A stretch of DNA of 51,988 nucleotides from Verrucomicrobiota bacterium (GTDB lineage: Bacteria > Verrucomicrobiota > Verrucomicrobiia > Limisphaerales > JADLHS01). The stretch's first letter is position 1. Every line of letters begins with the position of its first letter. Location of the stretch: positions 1 to 51,988 of the forward strand of contig JANXWY010000341.1 of the NCBI GenBank assembly GCA_025350905.1. The letters run 5' to 3'. The notes beneath the pieces are model-generated. The model did not search any database, had not been told where the DNA came from, and saw only the letters and a list, made by a program, of their open reading frames with translations. A program made the position numbers and the translations under genes. Shown piece by piece: positions 38,633 through 48,975 of this stretch.

Positions 38633-39616
38633 TCAGGATTTGCGCGCTGCCTGCTGGTCGCGGCGGCCCGCAACCACGGAGAGCGCAATCGAGGTGACAA
38701 TGATCGCGGCCACGACCAGTAACGATACGCTGCTGGTGATCTCCACCTGAAACCAGGCGGATGGGTGGCCGTGCGGGTCGAGCAGCATCTTGCCGCCGAT
38801 GAACACGAGAACAAAAGAAAGGCCGATTTTGAGGTAGCGGAAGTACTCAATTGCCCCGGCCAGCACGAAGTAAAGCGAGCGCAGGCCGAGAATGGCGAAG
38901 ACATTGGACGTGAAAACAATGAACGGTTTTTGGGTCACGGCAAAAATCGCCGGAATGGAATCCACGGCAAAAATCAAGTCGGTGGTCTCCACCACCAAAA
39001 GCACCAAGGCCAACGGGGTCAAGGTGAGCTGGCCCGTTCCGCGGACCGTGAAGTTCTGGCCGTGATAATCGGGCGTGACCCGGAAAAGTCTTTTTGCCAG
39101 GCGGAGCAGGAGGTTCTTTTCCGGATGAACGTCAACCTCACTCACGAAGAGCATCTTTAGGCCGGTGAAAACCAGGAAGGCCCCGAACAGGTAAAGCGTC
39201 CACATGAACCGACTGATGAGCGCGGTGCCGGCCCCGATCATCGCCCCGCGCATCAGGAGCGCGCCGAGGATCCCCCAGAACAACACGCGATGCTGGTACT
39301 GCGGGGGCACCCGGAAATAGGTGAAGATCAGCGCCATCACGAAGACATTGTCCATCGAAAGCGACAGTTCGATGATGTAGCCGGTCACGAATTCCACCGA
39401 GTCCTGCTTGCCCCAGCCCGTGACCAAGGCCGGCGCGAGGAGCAAACCAAAACCGAAAGAAAGCGTCACCCAGATCGTCGTCCAGGTCAGGGCCTCCCGG
39501 AATTTGACCACGTGGGCGGCCCGATGAAACACGCCCAGATCCAGCGCGAGAAAGAAGATCACGCACAGGATGAAGCCCGCCCAATGCCAGGCGGTGATTT
39601 CGATCAAGGCAACCAT
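38633..39616 (-). CDS. TerC/Alx-family membrane protein
   Basis: IELSLSMDNVF, QHRVLFWGILGA, ETTDLIFAVDSIPA, TSNVFAILGLRSLYF. Confidence 0.93.
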   Translation of the reverse strand: MVALIEITAWHWAGFILCVIFFLALDLGVFHRAAHVVKFREALTWTTIWVTLSFGFGLLLAPALVTGWGKQDSVEFVTGYIIELSLSMDNVFVMALIFTYFRVPPQYQHRVLFWGILGALLMRGAMIGAGTALISRFMWTLYLFGAFLVFTGLKMLFVSEVDVHPEKNLLLRLAKRLFRVTPDYHGQNFTVRGTGQLTLTPLALVLLVVETTDLIFAVDSIPAIFAVTQKPFIVFTSNVFAILGLRSLYFVLAGAIEYFRYLKIGLSFVLVFIGGKMLLDPHGHPSAWFQVEITSSVSLLVVAAIIVTSIALSVVAGRRDQQAARKS

Positions 39617-39621
39617 AGTTC

Positions 39622-39682
39622 AAAGATTAGGGTTCAATCCTAATCTTTCGGTTAAGCTTAATCCCGCCCAAAGATTAAGCTT
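39622..39682. repeat. AT-rich tandem hairpins between secDF and terC-like gene
   Basis: AAAGATTAGG/CCTAATCTTT and AAGCTTAATC/GATTAAGCTT. Confidence 0.55.
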
Positions 39683-39715
39683 CAGGGTAGGCTTCAGAGT
39701 AAGAATAATCGCCGA

Positions 39716-42268
39716 TCAGGACTTTGCCGCGAGCTTCTCCGGGACCGCACTTTCCAACACGACCCCCGAGCCCAGATTGGGTCGGTGGCCCTTGTGCCAC
39801 CACAGGACGATGACGCTGGCGATGTAGATCGAGGAATACGTGCCGGTCAAAATGCCGACCAGGAACGTAAAGGCGAAATCGTTCACCGGTCCGCCACCAA
39901 ACAGATACAGCGAAAGCGTCGCCAGGAACACCGTGCCCGACGTAATTATCGTGCGGCTCAGGGTTTGATTGAGCGCCTGGTTGATCACTTCGCGGAACGT
40001 CCCACGGACCCCCAGTTTCAGGTCTTCGCGAATGCGGTCGAAGATCACAATCGTATCGTTGATCGAAAAGCCAATGATGGTCAAGAGCGCTGCAACCGTA
40101 GTCGCATTCATCTGTCGGCCAACCAGGAAATACCAACCCGTCGTCATGAGCAAGTCATGGATGATCGCGATGACTGCGCCGAGAGCGAATGAGAATTCGT
40201 AACGAAAAGCCACATACACCAGGATCATGAACAAAGCGGCCACGGACGCGAGAATCGCCGTGTCCCGGATTTCTCCACCCACGGTCGGACCAACATTTCG
40301 AGCGGCGCCGGCCGTAAATTTCGCGGCGGGAAAATCCCCCTGGATCTGGCTGATCACCTTCTGGCTGGCGGCCGCGCCCTCTTTTTCGTCCACGGCGCGC
40401 ACCGTCACCATCAAGGTGCGCGTGCCGGTCACGAGTTCCTTTTGGTAAGCAATCAAGGCATCGCCGACGCCGGTTTTCGTGACGGACTTGCGAATTTCAT
40501 CCACGCCGACGGTCTGGCTCTGATCAAAGGTCAAGGTGGTCTGTGTTCCGCCGGTAAACTCGACCCCCATCACGTCCTTGCCGCGATAAATACCATAGCC
40601 GTTGCCGATGAGGATCAGCAACCAGGTGGCAATGAATGCCGGCTTGGCCCAGCGCATAAAGTCGATCTTGGTGTTGCGGATGATGTGCAACATGTTTAGC
40701 TGCTTAATCAGATTACGACCGAGCAGCCAGTCGAAGATCAGCCGCGTCACAACCAAAGCCGTAAACAAACTGGCCGCGACGCCGATGGTCAGCGTAACGC
40801 CGAAGCCTTTGACGGGACCGGTACCCATGAAAATCAAGATGATCGACGAGATGAGCGTGGTCACGTGGGAATCGAAAATGGTACTGAACGCGCGATCATA
40901 ACCCGCAGCGATGGCGCCGCGAAGTGATTTGCCTTTGGCCATTTCCTCCCGGATCCGTTCAAAGATCAGCACATTGGCATCCACCGCCATGCCGATGGTC
41001 AGCACGATGCCTGCGATGCCCGGAAGCGTCAGCGTGGTGTTGATGGAACACATCACGCCCATGAGGATGATGATGTTGAGCATCAAAGCCACATTCGCCA
41101 CCACGCCCGCCAGCATGTAATACACGAGCATGAAGCCCGCGACGGCAATAACACCGTAAATGGCCGCGCGCATGCCGCTGTTGATGGAATCCTTGCCCAG
41201 CGTGGGGTCCACATCGGTGGAGTCGAGGATGTGCAACGGCGCGCGCAACGGATTCTCCAGCACCCCCGCCAGCTCGCGCGCCTCCACTTCGGAAAAATCG
41301 CCGGTGATCTGGCCATTGCCGGTTTCGATCGGGACCTTGATGTTCGGCGCCGAGTACAGTTCGCCGTCCAATACGATCGCCAGCTTGCGGCCGACAAACT
41401 CCCGGGTGATCTCCGCAAAGCGCGCGGCGCCCGCGTCATTCAGCTGAAAATTGATTTCGGGCTCCCCAAAATTGCCGGGCACGGCCATCGCCCGTTTGAC
41501 AATGCTGCCGGTCAGACCGGGTTCGCCCTTCTTCTTGACGATTACTTGTTCGAGGCGTTCGCCGCCACTGCGCGGGCGGGATTTACGTTGGAGCAATTGA
41601 TAGCCGGGCGGAACTTCGCCCAATTTCACCAACTCATCGGTCTGCTCATGGGCCAGGCGGAATTCGAGGAATGCGGGTTTCTGAATAGTGACCTTCGCAC
41701 GCACGCGGTCATCTTCGGACAAACCGGGCAACTGAATCTCAATGCGGTTGTTGCCCGACGGACGAATCACCGGCTCCTTGACGCCATCCGGATCCAAGCG
41801 CTTGCGCAACACCTCGACCGCCTGCGACAGGGCGCCGCTGATTTCGTTGGTGTCGGACAACTTCGTCATGTCCATCTCGACGAGGAAGGATGTGCCTCCC
41901 TGGAGGTCGATGCCTAGCAGGATCCTGCCCGCCGCCTCGCGTTGAAGCCGATTCAAAATATAGGTCGTCGGCGCGGGCTCATTCCGCGCATCAAACTCGA
42001 AGTAGGGCCGAATATCATTCGTCCCGATGGCGATCCGAAGGTTGGCAAACGCGTGGTCGGCATTCGACTTTTGCAGGGCGCGCGCGGTGAAGACAATGTT
42101 GGAAAAGGTTGTCTCCGTCGGCGCCACTCGGGCGCGTTCCGCGAAGTGTTCCACGAGATCCAGGCCTTTCGGCGGAACGAAGCGATAATCGCGGAAAAAA
42201 ATCTCGTAACACGAGAACAGCAGGACCAGGATGACAATGCTCAACCGCCAGAAATTGTTTCGACTCAT
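39716..42268 (-). CDS. secD: Fused protein translocase subunit SecDF
   Basis: LGIDLQGG, GMAVDANVLIFERIREE (SecD); GVEFTGG, GFSINDTIVIFDRIRE, TYSSIYIA (SecF). Confidence 0.96.
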   Translation of the reverse strand: MSRNNFWRLSIVILVLLFSCYEIFFRDYRFVPPKGLDLVEHFAERARVAPTETTFSNIVFTARALQKSNADHAFANLRIAIGTNDIRPYFEFDARNEPAPTTYILNRLQREAAGRILLGIDLQGGTSFLVEMDMTKLSDTNEISGALSQAVEVLRKRLDPDGVKEPVIRPSGNNRIEIQLPGLSEDDRVRAKVTIQKPAFLEFRLAHEQTDELVKLGEVPPGYQLLQRKSRPRSGGERLEQVIVKKKGEPGLTGSIVKRAMAVPGNFGEPEINFQLNDAGAARFAEITREFVGRKLAIVLDGELYSAPNIKVPIETGNGQITGDFSEVEARELAGVLENPLRAPLHILDSTDVDPTLGKDSINSGMRAAIYGVIAVAGFMLVYYMLAGVVANVALMLNIIILMGVMCSINTTLTLPGIAGIVLTIGMAVDANVLIFERIREEMAKGKSLRGAIAAGYDRAFSTIFDSHVTTLISSIILIFMGTGPVKGFGVTLTIGVAASLFTALVVTRLIFDWLLGRNLIKQLNMLHIIRNTKIDFMRWAKPAFIATWLLILIGNGYGIYRGKDVMGVEFTGGTQTTLTFDQSQTVGVDEIRKSVTKTGVGDALIAYQKELVTGTRTLMVTVRAVDEKEGAAASQKVISQIQGDFPAAKFTAGAARNVGPTVGGEIRDTAILASVAALFMILVYVAFRYEFSFALGAVIAIIHDLLMTTGWYFLVGRQMNATTVAALLTIIGFSINDTIVIFDRIREDLKLGVRGTFREVINQALNQTLSRTIITSGTVFLATLSLYLFGGGPVNDFAFTFLVGILTGTYSSIYIASVIVLWWHKGHRPNLGSGVVLESAVPEKLAAKS

Positions 42269-42286
42269 GGGATGTGCAGGACGGGT

Positions 42287-42628
42287 TTAACTCTCGCTCT
42301 TTTCATTGCCGCGTTCGGTGATTTCAGCCACGGCAGCTTTGGTGATTTCCAACTTGGCATCGGCCGACCGGATCGTAACGGTTTTTTCCTTCACGCTGAG
42401 GACCACGCCGAGGATGCCGCTGGTCGTGGTGACTTTGTCGCCCGTCTTGACGGTCTTGAGCAAGGCCGCATGCTCTTTGGCCCGCTTCTGTTGCGGCCGC
42501 AGGGCGACGAAATAGAACATCACGCCCATCAAGCCGAGCATGCCCACCAGCTTGATCATTTCGCCCTTGGGATCGGGCTGCATGGCCGGTGCTTGGGCCA
42601 GCAAAAGGTTGCCGAGATTCATTTCCAT
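42287..42628 (-). CDS. yajC: Preprotein translocase subunit YajC
   Basis: FYFVALRPQQKR, GDKVTTTSGILG; upstream of secDF. Confidence 0.94.
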   Translation of the reverse strand: MEMNLGNLLLAQAPAMQPDPKGEMIKLVGMLGLMGVMFYFVALRPQQKRAKEHAALLKTVKTGDKVTTTSGILGVVLSVKEKTVTIRSADAKLEITKAAVAEITERGNEKSES

Positions 42629-42845
42629 ATTTCGATAAACGGGCGCTTAATCTATGGCAGGAAATGCGTTTGGCAAGCGTTATGAATGGCCCGGTAGCGA
42701 CGCATCGCATGCGGACACCGCTACGGAAGCTCACCTGCGGTGGCATCGAAACACCCTTTGCCGCGCCTGCCGCGGGGTTGGACTGGTGGTGGCCGCCTCA
42801 GGTCGGCGGCGTCCCGGGGGCCCGGCCGGGATTCGCCCCGGCGAC

Positions 42846-43655
42846 TCAAACCTCAATTCGCCCGGTAAAAACGAAATCCGCCGGCCCGGTCAAGCGCACG
42901 TTTTCAAACGCCGCGCCGCCCTCCTGAAAGCTCACCGCGAGCTGGTCGCCGCCCTGGACTTGAACCTTGACAGGCGACGTGAAACCATGAAGGCGCGCAG
43001 AAATGAGCGCCGCCGCGCTGACGCCCGTGCCGCACGCGAGCGTTTCACCTTCCACGCCGCGTTCGTACGTGCGCACGCGAATGTGGTTCGCCCCCAGCAC
43101 TTGAACGAAGTTCACGTTCGTCCCGCGGGGCCCGAAATGGGCATGCCCGCGAATCTCAGGCCCGAGTTGCATGACCATCGCCTGGTTCGCGTCCGCCACG
43201 TAAACGACGGCATGCGGCACGCCGGTGTTGAGCGAGTGGATCGTGGCCGGTCCCGCCGCGAGCAGCACGGTTTCATCCAAGCGCAATTCTTTGGGCGGCG
43301 TGAGATTCACGGTCACCTGCTCGCCCTGAAAACTGGCGGTGATGATTCCCGCCGTCGTCTCAAAACGGAAATCGCGATTCGCGCCGGTCAACCGCTGCAC
43401 ATAACGGCCAAAGCACCGCGCGCCGTTGCCGCACATTTCCGCGGCGCTGCCGTCGCTGTTGTAAAAGTCCCACGCCCAGTCCGCTGCGGGGGTGCGCGCC
43501 GGCACCAACAACATCACCCCATCCGCGCCGACGCCGCGATGGCGGTCACACAGGCGAATCACCTGCGCGGGTGTGAGGTTGATTTTTTGGGCGCGATTAT
43601 CCACGAGCACGAAGTCGTTCCCCGCGCCGTTCATCTTGGTGAATTCCAAAATCAT
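42846..43655 (-). CDS. dapF: Diaminopimelate epimerase
   Basis: KMNGAGNDF, EMCGNGARC, TGVPH, ERGVEGETLACGTG. Confidence 0.96.
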   Translation of the reverse strand: MILEFTKMNGAGNDFVLVDNRAQKINLTPAQVIRLCDRHRGVGADGVMLLVPARTPAADWAWDFYNSDGSAAEMCGNGARCFGRYVQRLTGANRDFRFETTAGIITASFQGEQVTVNLTPPKELRLDETVLLAAGPATIHSLNTGVPHAVVYVADANQAMVMQLGPEIRGHAHFGPRGTNVNFVQVLGANHIRVRTYERGVEGETLACGTGVSAAALISARLHGFTSPVKVQVQGGDQLAVSFQEGGAAFENVRLTGPADFVFTGRIEV

Positions 43656-44137
43656 GAACCGACACTATATATTCGCTGCGCGAACGAGGAAAATGAAAAT
43701 CTAGCGGCTCGGAATGGTCTGGGCGCATGCCGCGCGTTGCACTCGAGGTCGCGGGTCGCGCCGCGAAGACCAGCGGCGCGTCATGGCGGCGCAATTGCGT
43801 TCCGAGCATGACACCCAAAGTCAGCCACGCCACGTTCGGTTTGCCCGCGCTCGCGGGCGGGCGCGTCGCTGCGCAACGAACCCCACCATTCGCGAAAGCG
43901 CCTGTTTCGTTCCAAAGGCCCGAGGAGATTGTAGGTGCCGGGCGCGATGATTTGCCGTTTGATGCTCGCAGAGTATGAATGGCAACTGGTTCAAGCTGAC
44001 ACCCAACGACCGGCCGAACCTTAGTACGTCAGCCGGCGAAGGGTGGCTCGAGGCCGGCGACGCAATCGATCTCGTTTCCTGCTTGCTAGAGTGCGCCCTT
44101 GAGCTTTTACTCTGACCGGAGCAACCGAACGAAACCT

Positions 44138-44704
44138 ATGACCATGCTCATTTACATTATTTGTCTCGGGGTCGGACTTGCCTTCACCCTCATCAGCGCA
44201 TTCTTTGGCCACATCTTTGGCGGCGGTCATGAAGGGCACGTGGATGGCAGCGGCGGACACGCGGAAGCGGGCGTGGACAGCAGCGACATGCCGGGCGTCT
44301 CCGTCCTGAGTCCAACCATCATCGCCTCCTTCGTCACGGCATTCGGCGGTTTCGGCATCATTTTGTCCCAATTCCACCTTACCAAAGCGCCGATCATCAG
44401 CGCGCCGCTGTCGGTGCTGGGCGGGTTTGTGATTGCCGGGTGCGTGCTCCTGCTGTTGCGTTCACTCTTCAGCCACACCCAGAGTTCCAGCGAGTCCAAG
44501 GTCGCGAGCCTGGCGGGCATGACGGCGACCATCATTACGCCGATTCCGACCAATGGGGTTGGGGAAATTGCCTACGTGCAGGCGGGTTCGCGCTACACCG
44601 CGCCGGCCCGCCTGGAAAACGGGGACACCTCGCTGGCCAATGGCAAACTCGTCCGCATCACCCGCGTGGTCGGCTCCCAGTTCTACGTCACCCCAACCGA
44701 TTGA
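44138..44704 (+). CDS. NfeD-like membrane protein (flotillin partner)
   Basis: TM helices plus C-terminal OB-like domain (ATIITPIP..GVGEI); directly upstream of flotillin. Confidence 0.8.
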   Translation: MTMLIYIICLGVGLAFTLISAFFGHIFGGGHEGHVDGSGGHAEAGVDSSDMPGVSVLSPTIIASFVTAFGGFGIILSQFHLTKAPIISAPLSVLGGFVIAGCVLLLLRSLFSHTQSSSESKVASLAGMTATIITPIPTNGVGEIAYVQAGSRYTAPARLENGDTSLANGKLVRITRVVGSQFYVTPTD

Positions 44705-44740
44705 TCTACTCAGGTTCCACCAAAACAAAACCCAAACCCT

Positions 44741-46270
44741 ATGAATCCAATACCCCTGCTCGCCGAAATCGGCTCCATTTTTTCTGGCGGGATCATTCTC
44801 ATCGCCATCGTGGTGATTGCGCTGGTCGTGTTCATCGGCATCGCCGTGGTGCTGAGCCGTTACACCAAAGTCGGACCGAATGAAGTGCTCGTCGTTTCCG
44901 GACGCAAGCACCGCTTCACCGACCCGGACGGCACGGACCGCACGCGTGGGTTCCGCATCGTCAAGGGCGGCGGCACGTTCGTGTATCCGGTCGTGGAAAA
45001 GGTGGACATTCTCTCCCTCGAACTGCTCACGATTGATGTGCAGACGCCGGAAGTTTATACCAGCAAAGGCGTGCCGGTGAAGGTGGACGGCGTCGCGCAG
45101 ATCAAGGTGAAAGGGGACGACATTTCCATCGCGACCGCGGCCGAGCAGTTCCTGAGCAAGGACACCGCCGCCATCATGAACATCGCGATGCAGACCATGG
45201 AAGGCCATCTGCGCGCGATTCTCGGCACCATGACGGTCGAGGAGATTTACCAAAACCGCGATGCCTTTGCCGCCAAGGTGCAGGAAGTGGCCGCCGGCGA
45301 CATGGCAAACATGGGCCTCGGCATCGTCAGCTTCACCATCCGCGACATCCGCGATACGCAAGGCTACCTCGACGCGCTCGGCAAACCACGCATTGCCCAA
45401 GTCAAACGCGACGCGCAGATCGCGCAAGCCGAAGCCGACCGCGATGCGATGATCAAGTCCTCGCAAGCCACACAAGCGGGCCAGGAGGCCAAGTTCCAAG
45501 CCGACTCAAAAATTGCCGAAGCGCAGCGGGATTACCAATCCAACGTCGCCGGTTATCAAGCCACGGTAAATCAGAAGAAAGCCGAGGCCGACCTGGCTTA
45601 CGATTTGCAGAAATACAAGACCGGGCAGCTGGTGAAGGCCGAGGAAGTTCAGGTCGAAATCGTCGCCAAGCAAAAGCAGATCGAGCTGCAGCAACAGGAA
45701 ATTCTCCGCAAGCAACGTCAGCTCGAAGCCGACGTCCAGAAACCGGCCGACGCCGAGCGGTACCGGGTGGAAACCCTCGCCAACGCCACCAAGTTCCAAC
45801 TGGAAACGGAAGCGGCCGGGGCCGCTTCGGCCGCCAAGGCCAAAGGCTTCGCCGCCGCGGACGTCGCCAAAGCCACGGGTGTGGCCGAAGCCGAAGCGAA
45901 CAAGGCACGCGGTCTGGCCGAAGCCTCCGTCATCGAAGCTCAAGGCAAGGCGACCGCGTCCGCCATGCACGCCAAGGCGGAATCGTTCAAGCAATACAAC
46001 GAAGCCGCGGTCATCGAAATGATCGTGCGCGTGCTGCCGGAAGTCGCGGGCCGGATCAGCGAGCCGCTGTCCAAGATGGAGAAGATGGTCATCATCAATT
46101 CCGGCAATGGGCCCGGTGGCGGCGCGAGTAAACTGACCGGTGATGTGACCCAGATCATCGCGCAATTGCCGCCGGTGCTGGAAAGCTTGACGGGCGTGAA
46201 GTTTGAGAAGTTGCTGGAACAAGTCCCAGCACTGCGGAACGCGATGGGAAAAGGGGAAACCGAAAAGTAG
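44741..46270 (+). CDS. Flotillin/SPFH-domain protein
   Basis: N-terminal TM, SPFH domain (EGHLRAILGTMTVEEIY), AEA-rich coiled coil. Confidence 0.92.
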   Translation: MNPIPLLAEIGSIFSGGIILIAIVVIALVVFIGIAVVLSRYTKVGPNEVLVVSGRKHRFTDPDGTDRTRGFRIVKGGGTFVYPVVEKVDILSLELLTIDVQTPEVYTSKGVPVKVDGVAQIKVKGDDISIATAAEQFLSKDTAAIMNIAMQTMEGHLRAILGTMTVEEIYQNRDAFAAKVQEVAAGDMANMGLGIVSFTIRDIRDTQGYLDALGKPRIAQVKRDAQIAQAEADRDAMIKSSQATQAGQEAKFQADSKIAEAQRDYQSNVAGYQATVNQKKAEADLAYDLQKYKTGQLVKAEEVQVEIVAKQKQIELQQQEILRKQRQLEADVQKPADAERYRVETLANATKFQLETEAAGAASAAKAKGFAAADVAKATGVAEAEANKARGLAEASVIEAQGKATASAMHAKAESFKQYNEAAVIEMIVRVLPEVAGRISEPLSKMEKMVIINSGNGPGGGASKLTGDVTQIIAQLPPVLESLTGVKFEKLLEQVPALRNAMGKGETEK

Positions 46271-46301
46271 GAGAATCGTCCTCCCTATGGTTGAAGGATC
46301 C

Positions 46302-46532
46302 ATGAATGCGCAACCAAAATGTCCCAAGTGCGGCAAAAAAATGGAAGAGGGTTGTACGTTAGGGCGGGCGGAATTTCCAGCTTATGCGTATGTGACCGTA
46401 TGGACGTCTGGAGTGCCGAAGCGAGGTAAAAACGGGTTGGTGGATATAGACGGTAAGAATGTTATTGAAACCCGCACTTTCCGATGCTCTTGGTGCGGTT
46501 ATTTGGAATCGTACGCCATCAAGCCGAATTGA
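46302..46532 (+). CDS. Small zinc-ribbon protein (CPKC...CSWC)
   Basis: CPKCGKKMEEG...RCSWCGYLESYA pattern. Confidence 0.7.
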   Translation: MNAQPKCPKCGKKMEEGCTLGRAEFPAYAYVTVWTSGVPKRGKNGLVDIDGKNVIETRTFRCSWCGYLESYAIKPN

Positions 46533-46576
46533 AGACATGGAGTAGAACGGCCCCGCCTGAACCCGATGCCGATGTG

Positions 46577-47257
46577 ATGAACTCCGAAGCAATCAAAGCG
46601 TGGCTGAAGCGGAAGAAGACTTCCGGCACCCTCTCGCGCAAGGTGATGGCCATCGGCGCGGCGCTGGCGGGAATGGCGGTTCTGTTGCTCACTTTCTGGT
46701 TCACTTACGCGATTATCTGGGTCGGCTTTCAGGGAGTTGCTGCGTTCGCCAGTTTGGTTTTCGCCAAGCGATTGCACCTGGCGCACGAATGGCGGCTTCT
46801 CGGCAGTGGGATCTTTATTTTGCTCCTGTTCCTCCAACACTTTCGTACGAATCCCTGGTATTGGGGCGATTACCCGGAGCGCGATTACGCCACGTCCCGA
46901 TCGTTGCCGGCCTCGGCGGGGGTTATGGGCGGATTGGGGCTCATGCTCGCGTATCCCGGCGCCTCGGCCAACATGATTGCCGACATTCTATTGAGTGGCC
47001 CCCGGTTGCTGACGGGCGCATGGAATCTGTGGCAGGAATCGCGGCGCCTGGCGCAGCTCGACGAGGAAGTCTGCGGCCAGTTACTGGAATTTCTGGCTCG
47101 TCGCCCAGCCGTCGTGCCCTACGAAGAATTGCGGGCCGCCGGGTGGGAGGCATGGTTCGGTCAGCTCCGCAACATTGACGGGATCGTGTTTTTGGAAAAA
47201 GGTCTCAACTTATCGTCCGAATTGAGGCAGGAGTTTAGCAAATTGAAGCCAGGTTAA
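46577..47257 (+). CDS. Hypothetical membrane protein
   Basis: Hydrophobic ORF, co-oriented, ending 5 nt before the next gene. Confidence 0.65.
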   Translation: MNSEAIKAWLKRKKTSGTLSRKVMAIGAALAGMAVLLLTFWFTYAIIWVGFQGVAAFASLVFAKRLHLAHEWRLLGSGIFILLLFLQHFRTNPWYWGDYPERDYATSRSLPASAGVMGGLGLMLAYPGASANMIADILLSGPRLLTGAWNLWQESRRLAQLDEEVCGQLLEFLARRPAVVPYEELRAAGWEAWFGQLRNIDGIVFLEKGLNLSSELRQEFSKLKPG

Positions 47258-47262
47258 TTCCC

Positions 47263-48180
47263 ATGCGCCTGTTCGAAGCCATCATTGAAGCAAACCACCG
47301 CGCGGTGGCGGGCGACCCGGATGCCGGTCTGCATCCCGCGGACTTTGCCGATTCACTGCCCATCGCGGCGCTGACGTGCATTGACGTGCGGTTGAATCCG
47401 CTCATGCCGTCCGTGCTGGGCGTGCCGGAGGATCAGTTCATCTGGCTGCGCAACGCCGGCAACATCGTCACCAGCCCGCTCTCCAGCACGATGCGGTCGT
47501 TGTCGCTGGCCTGTGCGGTCAAGGGTGCGGAGGAGGTGGCCGTCATCGGCCACACGGACTGCCAGGTGTGCAAGACGACAACGACCCAATTGCTCGAGCG
47601 GCTCAAGAATCTCGGCATCCAGCGACAGATGTTGCCCGACAATGTGAACGAGTTTTTTGGGATGTTCGGCAGCGAGCGGCAGAATGTCATCAAGGCGTGT
47701 GAAATCGTGCGGGCCAGTCCGCTCATCGGGCCGAAGATTCCGGTGCACGGGCTGTTGCTCGACATCCAAACGGGCAAACTGGAATGGTTGGTCAATGGCT
47801 ACGAGGCGTGGGCCACGATGAGCAGCAAATGGAACGACGTCGTCCGATCGGCCGGGGAGACCGTGGACAAATTGAAGCCGCTCATGGATTTCAGTATTGG
47901 TGAGATGAAATTTCCCGAGACGAAAATCGGCGAGACGGTCACGCAGGCCACCGACTGGCTGTCGCAGAAAGTCGGCAGTCTGCAAGTGCCGCCAGCGGAA
48001 GCGCCCCCGACCGAATTGGCCCCCGCGCCGAAAGCGATGAATATTGCCGCACGGATTGTGGACGTCGCGCAGCAACATTGGCCGAAGCCCCCGATCGCAC
48101 CGGCACGGCCCTTCCAGAAGCCCCCGATCCCGCCGCCGATTCGCGTGCGCCCGCCCTTTCCCAAGGGCGGCAAGAAGTGA
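47263..48180 (+). CDS. Beta-class carbonic anhydrase with C-terminal Pro-rich extension
   Basis: CIDVR (CxDxR), RNAGN, HTDC (HxxC) zinc ligands. Confidence 0.85.
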   Translation: MRLFEAIIEANHRAVAGDPDAGLHPADFADSLPIAALTCIDVRLNPLMPSVLGVPEDQFIWLRNAGNIVTSPLSSTMRSLSLACAVKGAEEVAVIGHTDCQVCKTTTTQLLERLKNLGIQRQMLPDNVNEFFGMFGSERQNVIKACEIVRASPLIGPKIPVHGLLLDIQTGKLEWLVNGYEAWATMSSKWNDVVRSAGETVDKLKPLMDFSIGEMKFPETKIGETVTQATDWLSQKVGSLQVPPAEAPPTELAPAPKAMNIAARIVDVAQQHWPKPPIAPARPFQKPPIPPPIRVRPPFPKGGKK

Positions 48181-48225
48181 AGCCCTGACTCCGCATCGCC
48201 CAACGCATCCAACTCCCGCTGAACC

Positions 48226-48888
48226 ATGATCGAGCCCAACGCAGTCACCCCCGCCGCCAAACCGCGCGGCTGTTTATTTTACGGCTGCCTCACCGCCGTC
48301 GTGCTGCTGTTAATTGCGGGTTTGCTGGGGTTCCTGGCCGTCCGGTTTGTGCGGAACAAAATTAATTCCTACACGGAGGCGCAACCGCTGAAGATGCCCA
48401 CGACGAAAATGACCGACGCCGATTTCCAAATTCTCCAACAAAGGGTGAAAGCCTTCGCTGGCGGACTGGAACAAGGAAAGGGACTCGAGCCTTTGATCCT
48501 CACCGAGGACGACCTCAATGCGCTGCTCGCCCGGTCCGCGGACACGAAGGCCCTGGCCGATAAAGTTTATGTTTCGTTGAGCGGGAACGAAGTCAAAGGG
48601 TTGGTGAGCATCCCGCTTTCCGGCCTTGGCTGGTTAGGCAAGGGTCGCTATCTCAACGGCAATGCCACCTTCAAGGTTTCCCTGGAAAATGGCGTGTTGA
48701 TTGTCACGGCCGAGCAAATTCAGGTCAAAGGCCTGGCCGTTCCCGAAACGGTCATGAGTCAAATCCGCCGCGAAAACCTGGCCAAGGAGGCGTACCAGGA
48801 TCCGAAAAATGCCGCCGCCATTCGAAAGGTTGAGAGCATTCGCGTGGAGAACAGTCAGGTGACCATCAAGGCGCGCGCGGGGAACTGA
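48226..48888 (+). CDS. Hypothetical membrane-anchored protein
   Basis: RGCLFYGC followed by a TM segment and a soluble domain. Confidence 0.7.
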   Translation: MIEPNAVTPAAKPRGCLFYGCLTAVVLLLIAGLLGFLAVRFVRNKINSYTEAQPLKMPTTKMTDADFQILQQRVKAFAGGLEQGKGLEPLILTEDDLNALLARSADTKALADKVYVSLSGNEVKGLVSIPLSGLGWLGKGRYLNGNATFKVSLENGVLIVTAEQIQVKGLAVPETVMSQIRRENLAKEAYQDPKNAAAIRKVESIRVENSQVTIKARAGN

Positions 48889-48975
48889 CACTGGCCATCG
48901 CCTCCGGGAAGCGGCGGATGGTGGCTCGGCCATCGCCAGCGGCCAATCCACCGACGCACCTCGGCCACAGGCTAC

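Noticed and set aside
43714-44000. ncRNA or gene between dapF and the NfeD-like gene
   Set aside because: No recognisable motif; at most a decayed GTAGGG-family arm near 43860-43887
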